Source: Amoebidium appalachense
Taxonomy: Eukaryota > Protista > Ichthyosporea
Assembly (NCBI GenBank): GCA_963693365.1
Contig: CAVNZM010000004.1
Location: forward strand, 1,919,449-1,983,448
Direction: 5' to 3'
DNA length: 64,000 nucleotides
Shown here: positions 45,487 to 64,000 of the stretch, one piece after another
Layout of the letters: every line of letters starts with the position of its first letter
How positions within the stretch are numbered: the stretch's first letter is position 1
Translations under genes and position numbers: made by a program
Notes under the pieces: generated by a model
The model's database searches: none
Told to the model about the DNA's origin: nothing
The model's input: the letters and a program-made list of their open reading frames with translations, nothing else

Positions 45487-47379
45487 GTGTGCATAGTGTT
45501 ACTATGTTGCATACCAATCATATATGTAACAAACAACATATACATAGGGGGTGTGGATGGTGCGAGTGTGTTAGTGGGTGGTGCATATGAGTGGAGGAGT
45601 TGAGGAGTATTATGCAAAGGTACAAGGGCATTATGTGAACACGCTGCTCTGGCTGTACATTATTAATCTGGTTTTTCCCGCTTTTTCTCTCTCTCTTCAT
45701 TTTCTTCCTGCATTTTATTTACTTGTTATATCTTTTCAATTGGGCAGGGAGGGGGGTACACGTCATACAGGTTGTTACCGTCGTGGATGCACCCACGCGC
45801 CTAGCATGCATATTGCACGTGCATTGTAAATAAAAGCCTGTGCCCTTCACGGTGTGACCGGCAGAGTGAACATAAATTCTGCACTGGTGCCCCACCACTG
45901 GGTGGGTACATGTCGTAAGCGTTCTCAACTCCATGTTTGTGGGTTCGTTGTGACTTGCATCTTTCCCAGGTCTGGGGAGAACGTGGACGTGAATGGGGTC
46001 TAATGTAGTGGTAGGCGGCATTAGCTTTCTTACATGTCATGTTGGTTTTTCATGTACGCACTGATCTGATGTTCGCAAGGGAGTTAGGCTGCAGTTGTTA
46101 CTCCAGGACAAGCAGGAAGGTTGTGCGAGTGTCTGTGTTCATGTGAGCATGCGTGTGCGTGTTACTTATTGTACACCACTACGTGTGTGTGCAATGCCCG
46201 GCTGCACAGCATGTGTGCGTGCACCTGTCCGGTAAATGTGTGTACACGTGTGCGTGCACCCGTACTGCCCATACGTGCGTTGTGTGTGCACACATGTACA
46301 CACTGATGTACATGTGTGCACGGTGTGTGTGTCCCAAAGGCAATAGTGCTTGATCATGGTCGGATCAAGGTCGTTGGACCAAAGCTCCTCGAAAAGCTTT
46401 GGTTACGGTTTGCGCTGGCCATGGCTGGTCCCGGTGCACGTGCGTGTGCGTATGTACACGTGTGCGTGTGCCACACCACTGCTTGCGGGTGGGTAGTACC
46501 TCTAGGGTGCCACTGAGTGGGTGGGTGGCCCACCCCGGGGGCGAGGAGGGGGGGGGGGGGGGAGGGGGGGGGGGTTCGTACATACCTTTTTGCCGCACGC
46601 CGTCAGGCTAACAATATTAATATTAATAGCGCACTGGGACCCAAACCCTAACATGCACCATGATGCATACATGTGAATGGCGGACGAGTCGCCTAAACAC
46701 GGACCGTACGTACGGTGTAACCCCGTGCATGTGACCATGTACATGTGCACCGTGATACCTCGCGACCCCGATCACGTGAGATCACATGCCATGGCCAGTA
46801 AGGGGTTTTTGAATTTGAAATGGGGGGGGGAAGAGTAGTAAATATCGACGTCCCCCCCTGGGGTACCCCCCCCCCCCCCCCCCCCCCCCCCCTCCCCTGC
46901 ATGCGCGTGATCATGGTATTATAGAGTCTCCGACGTTTCCACCCACCAAAGACGGTATTGGCTTTGGCCACTTATGCATATCCCCCTCCCCCCCCCCCCC
47001 CCCCCCCCCCCATAAACAAACACACTCACGTGCACACACACACACGCACCTCACACACGCGCGTGCACCCATACATTGCACACACACGCGCGCGCGCATG
47101 GGCGGCCGTACACGCACACGCACACACACACACCGTCAGTGTCACACACACACACGCGCAGGCGCGCGCGCACACACACACACACACACAGACACAGACA
47201 CAAACGCGCGCGTGCACGCGCATACACGCACACACATACGCGCGACACACACATACACACACACACACACACAGGAACGTGCGCGCGCATACACGCACAC
47301 ACACGCGCGCGTGCGCGCACACACACGCACACACGCACACGCACACACAAGCACACGCACACCCACGCACACACAGTGT

Positions 47380-47451
<72 letters not shown>

Positions 47452-47453
47452 GT

Positions 47454-47492
<39 letters not shown>

Positions 47493-47763
47493 CCCACCCG
47501 CATTCGTGCCCCCCGCCGGGTGGGGGGGGGGGGGGGGGGGGGGGGGGGAGGGGGATTATTGTGACCGTATGGCATAGCCTGAATTGCAAGTGACCAAGGA
47601 ATCCTATTAGTCAGCCTCAATGTTTATGTTTTGGCATTGTATGTAAACTGCTGCTGATTATAGTACTATTACGTGAACAGGTTATCTGATGTATTATATA
47701 TTATTAAAGATCAGTCGACCTTTATAATGCTATCTCGTACTAATTGACACATGAAATGCATAC

Positions 47764-48633
47764 GACGATTTTCAGGGTACTGCGCTGCGCACTTTGTTTC
47801 GTACTCGGTTTGTGCCTCCCTTAATCAGTATGTTTGGATTGTCGTCTGCTGTTTGTCGTATGGAGGAATTGTCTCTTCGTTTTTGTTTTCATTTAGTTAG
47901 GCTACCTGATGGTCACCCTCTTTATGCTTTCTTTCCCCCCCCTCCCTCCATCCCTCTTCCCCCCCGATTTACCAACGCTACTTCTGAATGTCCTCAGCCT
48001 ACCCTCTTTCCACCTGATTCTTCCTCTCGCTATCTCACTCCCTCTTTCTTTTCTCTTCCTGTTTTTTCTGCCTTTTCGCGTTATTACCATACGCAGTATA
48101 AGTTTCTTTCTCGTTCTGATAGAGAAATCAAAGGTAAAACTCAGTCGGCATGTGTTATGTTCCTTAGGCAACACCGTACTGATCATTATCGCTTTTTGGG
48201 AGCTTTGGCAGGATACATTTCTCCTGCTGTACGTATGGATACCACCCTAGTAGATAAGTCTGTATGGTGCTCTGATGTTGATATTGCCTGGGAAGTTGTG
48301 CAGTGGCGCTGTAATTCTTGTTTTCATCGCCGCTGGTGCCACTTTTGTGCTGACCTTTTTAATCGCAAGCATGTTGATAGGTGTGAATTTTTATGTCGCG
48401 TTTTACCTCTTTCCCTACGGGTATCTGCTACACTAGCTGGCAATGTGAACACTTTAGACTTTTTGTTGAATTCTGTTGGTCGTCACATTGAGTATTTATA
48501 TGATTTTCACACAGTGTTCAGGTATCTCAGTATGCACTTGTTACTGGATAACTCGTGAAGTTTTTATTGTCTTCTCAGAATGCCGTGCATACTTGCATAT
48601 CTTTCCGTCGAATAAATTCAGTCAAAAGAAAAA
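47764..48633 (+). mobile_element. 5'-truncated LINE copy (C-terminal coding part and 3' UTR)
   Basis: The ORF ending at 48558 shares QWRxN…C…FNRxxxxxC…NxLDFxLN with the C-terminus of the 3917-7265 element; AATAAA at 48611-48616; short A-rich tail; 11-bp TSD GAAATGCATAC at 47753-47763 and 48634-48644. Confidence 0.88.
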
Positions 48634-50506
48634 GAAATGCATACACCAATGAGTCAAATGCGACCAAATATTCCGCTGCAATTTGCTATGTGTCACGAAG
48701 CGACATGAGCCAACTTTTGCGCAACGCAAAGCCTTCAACGGCCTGCCGTTGTAAAAGGATCTTTTTTTTTTTTTTTTTTTTGCCCCTCCGAAACACAGCG
48801 GTCTTGCGCATTCACACTTCGAGGTTATCTTTTGAAGCAAACAATAGAAACAAGGGAACAGGTGATGCTGTTCAAGAATGGAGAGCGCGACCGGCCGATC
48901 AGCCCAGGAGCGTGAGGCTAACGCTGTTTGTGCAAGGCGGCTTCAGAGAAAACACACCCACAAACACGCACACAAACACATTCACCCTCTAACCAGGCTA
49001 TTTCTCGGAGTTCTGCCCGAAGCCGATTGGGTTGCCAAGGGAATATGTACAAGTGTGATGCTTGAAAGATGGGTGATGTTTATTCGTTAGCACTCAAACA
49101 GTTGGGGCCCTTCGCGTCCACACATCCACTTTAAAGCTCGACGTCGGTACCCTCTCACACATACACACGAATATGCACGCGCATATACACTGTGTGACGT
49201 CAACACATACACAGCACACACACAGACACACGTTCAGCTGTGTACGTGTGTTTGTGTTTGTGTGTGTATGTGTGTGTGTGTGTGTATGTGTGTGGGTGTG
49301 TGTGTCTGTGTTCGTGTGTGTGTTTGTGTGCAGATGTGTGCCTGCGCGTGTGCGCACAAATGTCCGTGTGTGCGCGCGCGACGGGCACGCTTTTGCACGT
49401 TTGTGCAAGTGTCCGTGTACCACAGGTGTGCACGTACCTGTGAATGCGTGGACGCATGTGGTTATTAAGTTAGTGAATCATTACAACCGCAGTGCATGCA
49501 TGTATAATTATGTTCATACAATCACATCAAGGAATGCACAAGTACTGATTTTAACCACGAAAAGGACAGCTTCATGGAGCTACTGTTTGCTTTGTACGCC
49601 ATAATGCCGTCTGTGTCCAAAAACCGAAATTCACAAGCATGACCAAGAAGTAAGAGTAAGCGGTAACGTATGCTAGTATGTGTGGAAAATACCATGGTGG
49701 GTGAGTGTGGTTGTTTGTGTGTGTAGGTTGGGAGAGAGGGGGTGGTGTATAGAAAGAGTAACAGCCTATGGTAGGAAGTACACATTCACAACGGACAATT
49801 GCAACTCATCACACATAAAGAGTATGCCTCGTACATATTGGGGGGGGGGGGGGGGGGGGGGGGGAGGTGGGGGGGAGGGGGGGAGGGGGTCATCATGGCC
49901 ATGGTTGCCCTTCCGCTCAGGGCCTGACGTCTCAGTGGGCTGTGTAATTATGTAGTGACTGGTGCACATGCAAGTGTGTAAGAAGCACCGTGGGAGGTGG
50001 TGGGGAGGTGCACTGTGGCACTTTGCCACAGTAAGCCAACCGTTTTTGCTTTTCCAGTTAGACTGTGTACACGTGCACGTGCAGGTCTGTAGGATTATTT
50101 TCTGTGTGCGCGCGTGTGTGTCACGAGAGTGTGTGTGTGTGTGTGTACGTGGGTGGTTGAGTGTAGGTACACATGTCATAATGGTGCACGTGAGTGGTAA
50201 TCGTGGTGTGTGCCCGGTGTGTTCGCGCACGCACGTGCATGCACTACATCACGGGGCATATGTACACACATGGCAGTATCACTGCCACGACGGAGGAGGA
50301 ATAGCTCAAATTTCTTTGTAGACGGGGGTTTTTGCGTCAATAGACACAGAGCCGGGGACTGGATTTTATATAAAGTAGCTTCAATAGACCAGATTTTTGT
50401 CGTGTGTGCCTGGGTTTTCTTTAATCTTTTTTTTTCTTCCTTTTTTGTGGTTGGTGGTGGTGGTGGTGGTGGTGGTGGTGGTGGTGGGGGGGGGGGGGGG
50501 GGATCA

Positions 50507-50715
50507 GGAGATAAAAGGGAAACACATACACACAACACACACAAGGGGGGGGGGGGGGAAATCACGATCGGGAGATAAAAGGGGAACACACACCCACCCA
50601 CACACACACCACTCGCGCGCGCGTGCCGGGAGATACAAGGGGAACACACACACACACACCGTGACACACGCACACGCACACGCGCACGCGGGGAGTTAAA
50701 AGGGGAACACACACA
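50507..50715. repeat. Four copies of GGAG(A/T)TA(A/C)AAGGG(G/A)AACAC separated by CA-rich stretches
   Basis: Starts at 50507, 50571, 50629 and 50692 (period 58-64 bp). Confidence 0.8.
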
Positions 50716-51103
50716 CACAGACACACACACACAAACACATGCGCGCGCGCGCCGCACACACATACACCCATTCACCTCGTCGACAAAACCCAACTCAGAC
50801 ACTGCTGCACCTAAACATGGGAGGAGGAGGGGGGGTGGGGGGGGGGGGGGGGGGGGGGGGGGGTGCTAACTGAGTAAACAGGACCAGAACACTAACGAGA
50901 AGGATTGCATTCTAGGACAACCCAAAACCTGGTGACACAGACTTAGAGGCCACCGTGAGGGCACAGCAGGGATGGATCGCTCACGAGATTGAGGGCCAAA
51001 AAAAATGCGGCCAGGAAGGGTGTTGTGGTGTCGAATTGTGTTGGGAAGATGTTCAGAAGGTGTAGGTTTGATTCTGAGAGGGGGGGGGGGGGGGGGGGGG
51101 GGG

Positions 51104-51250
51104 TTGAATGCGTCAAAAAGTACGAAAAAAGGGGGGTTAAAAAGCGAAACATGGTACGAAGTACAAGAACACGACGAGAAACACGGTGAAGGACACAGGC
51201 AAAAGCAAACATTCAGGTATGCAACATCAGCAACGTGCGCAGTGTGCAAA
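51104..51250 (-). mobile_element. Two nested/tandem copies of the poly(C)-associated repeat
   Basis: A 23-bp 3'-end fragment (51104-51126) matching the 14192 type, then G6 (51131-51136), then a diverged copy of the 29434 type. Confidence 0.7.
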
Positions 51251-52930
51251 ATGAGGAACTCAGGAGACGGGGCTTCTAGGCCCCCCCGTCGATACCTAAG
51301 TCGATACTTCCCTGGCTAACATACCACACCAGCTGAAAAGAATGAAGCCGCACGGAAGAAAAGTAGGAAAGCGGTCAAGAGAGACCGCATGTGCATGGGA
51401 GAGAGGATGGTGAGTGAGTAAGAAGAGATAGAGGGAGTGAGGGAGTGAAGGGGGGGCCTTTCTTTACATGTACGATTGGATCGTCGCGAATAGATCTAAA
51501 TAGATTTGAATAGATCATTCGGTTCGGATGTGCTGGCGACCCGAGCGAGTTCGACTCGATTCATGAACCGACTCGTGTGTCCGTCGGTTCGATCACAATG
51601 CGACAGCCTGCGACACGGAAAGCATAAAAAGCGGACACGTTCCTCAACTTTACCCTCTTTCTGTAGCGTGAACATTTCGCACCACGGCTTGCCATGTTAT
51701 AGGTGAGTGCCCGGCTTGACTTCTGTGTCAACGTGCTGAGTACGTGTCTCTTTGCAGACAACTGTATTGTCTGAAACACAGTTTCGTTTTGTTTTCTTTT
51801 AGCGTCGTAGGTGACGAGAACCTTTCAAAGTGCACCGCTGGTGCTTGCTGCTACCTGGTAACAGTCAAGCTTTTTTTGGCCCTATCGAAGCCCCGCCTGG
51901 CGCAACTCACACCAGTGTCTGGGGTCAATTTGTGGCCCATAGTAAGAATGCTGGCATAGGTCGTTGGTTGGCGACTGTCGGTGGCCTTCCAACATTACCC
52001 AGTCAGCAAATAACACTGCACTTTCGAATGTTGTGTGAGAATCCTTTTCTTGCTATCGAGTTTAGTATTACCCCCCCCCCCCCCCGTTTTCTCTGCCTCT
52101 CCCGGCACGCCATCTTTCCATATTTCCATACTTTTTCCCACTAGTTGATTTCCCTTGTCTATATTTAGAAAGCTGCATTCTTCGTGTGTAGGACACTGCC
52201 CTTCAAGTGGGCTTTGATCCAAGATTTGAATGCTAGAAGCACAGGTGGTTGGGCAGATGGAATGACTCCTGAGTTCCCTCATTAATCAACCTCCACATAT
52301 GTTTCCCCTTATGCTTAGTGTAATGTTCTTGCTGGCTTGTCTTGTACGTAACAAGTATCTCTAACCCTCCTTGTCATCAGGTACTCTCGAGTCCAGCTCT
52401 CAGGGCGCCTGCTGTACCTGACACCAAGCACGACGTTATGACCAATAAACAACAAAATTATCCACTTATGCCCGATCGTTGCGAACAGGACTCTGCTTTC
52501 ACTCTTATTCCGCTTCAGTCTGGTTAAAGTGGTCAACTTGTTCCGTTTTCTTCACTGTTCTCAAGTTCGCCTCAAGTCCCTCCCACGCGAGCTTCTAAAA
52601 GAATAGTCACTCGACCTCCCTTCCCTCCCCTCCACCTATCTAGTCTTGTGTTGTCCCGTCATGACGTGTACTTCGTATGCTATAAAACACCCCTCAGCAT
52701 GACACTCGCCATGCTCTGCTTGCTGTCCTGGGTATTGAAAGCCACAGATGGGTGCTCATCCATGCTGTAAAATGAACTTTTGTTTCAAAATTCTGCTAGC
52801 AGTGACTCGCAGAGTGATACAGTGATCGAAGCTCAACCCTAGAGCACGAATCTAGCTAGCTATAGTGCTTTGCAACTCCAACCTCTTTGGATACCCTTGC
52901 AAATGATCGAATCACGGTACGGTCATATCA

Positions 52931-53031
52931 CCAGCTAAGAGTAGCAAGGTTGATCAGCATTCGAGACATACCAGCACACAAGTTCCAGCTAAGAGTAGCA
53001 AGGTTCAGCATGCGAGGCTAGCAGCACACAA
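52931..53031. repeat. About 54-bp direct repeat x2 (CCAGCTAAGAGTAGCAAGGTT…CAGCACACAA)
   Basis: Directly visible. Confidence 0.85.
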
Positions 53032-53598
53032 ACATTCAAGGATAGCTATCCACTTCTTTGCAAGGTGTGTTGCCTTACAAATCCAACAGACAGGCCGAGA
53101 TGCAAACTAGGCACTAGGCAAACACTATCATACCTGCCATATGCTCGCGGGACAAAAGCAACATGAACACATGCTGGGGTATTGCCATTCCGTTGACGCA
53201 GCCGTACTTCCGAATGCAAGGTGTATGCCAAATGAGACTGATGTTACGTGCTTGTTACGTGATGTTACGTTACACAGATAACATGTGCACTCGGAGGCAG
53301 TTGCAATGGTGTCTTTTATTCTAACTATACCTGGCTGTATCTACTTCGGACCTTGACAAGACGGAACATTTTGCTTTTCAAGCGGCATGCACATTCGACG
53401 TGAATACATTTTTATCTTTCCTCCACCGTTCGACTGTAGTTCAATTACATGCTAGATGACAACTCTCTCTCCAGGCTAGAACACGTCTATCCAGTGACGT
53501 GTGCATTACGCCTATCCAGCAACATGGACATTTTTACTCTCATTTAGAACTCCACTCTACCGGTAGACCTTAAAGTTTTAACCCGTGGTGCTTTAATA

Positions 53599-63706
<10,108 letters not shown>

Positions 63707-64000
63707 CTGTGTTTGAATAGCGATATTGGTGGTCAGGCGAGGGCTAAAGGGAGCCATGAAAGGAAGGCAAATGTAAGGAAAGAGCTGATGGAGGGAGAGA
63801 AGGAGGGAGAGAGGAGGGGAGGGAGGGAGCGAGAGAGGAAGGGAGGGAGGATAGCAGGAGCAAGAGAGAGAGAGAGAAAGAGAGAGAGAGTAGAGAGTTG
63901 GAAAGAGTGTACGTGTGTGTGTCGTGTGTCGTATGTGGTCGCGGTGGTGGCAGCGGCAGTGGTGGTATTTGAAAGAGGGAGAGTGAGGGGGTAGGCAGGC

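Noticed and set aside
50507-50715. CRISPR-like regularly spaced repeats
   Set aside because: Repeats are degenerate, spacers are CA/G low-complexity sequence, the context is eukaryotic and no cas genes are present; a minisatellite explains it.

Overview
Eukaryotic genomic DNA with GT-AG introns. The gene set suggests a unicellular opisthokont or holozoan, but that is inference only. Introns are packed with G/C homopolymers and (CA/TG)n, (CT/AG)n tracts, so most entries in the ORF track are microsatellite artefacts. Four spliced host genes can be assembled by hand: a PXA-RGS-PX-PXC sorting nexin of the SNX13/14 family (minus, 29797-9841), an RNF103-like membrane RING-H2 ligase (plus, 31208-35594), fructose-1,6-bisphosphatase (plus, 9 exons, 38962-45486) and the 3' part of a USP16/45-like deubiquitinase (minus, >63706-53599). 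Mobile DNA includes an APE-RT non-LTR retrotransposon split into four frames (about 3917-7265), a 5'-truncated relative with an 11-bp TSD (47764-48633), a non-autonomous hAT-like element with an 8-bp TSD (2634-3662), further MITEs and a long foldback. The most interesting signals are: (1) a dispersed family of about 45-135 bp repeats with a conserved 3' end running into poly(C), variable 5' truncation and nesting, i.e. a candidate poly(C)-tailed or poly(C)-targeting retroposon; (2) two LINE frame breaks with the same CTT-stop-T +1 shift motif; (3) complementarity between the LINE 3' terminus and an insert at the start of its ORF; (4) C-runs placed just after often weak 5' splice sites; (5) repeated tandem duplication of exon-intron junctions; (6) a half-ubiquitin insert in the USP. 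All gene models are manual, and homopolymer assembly errors cannot be excluded.
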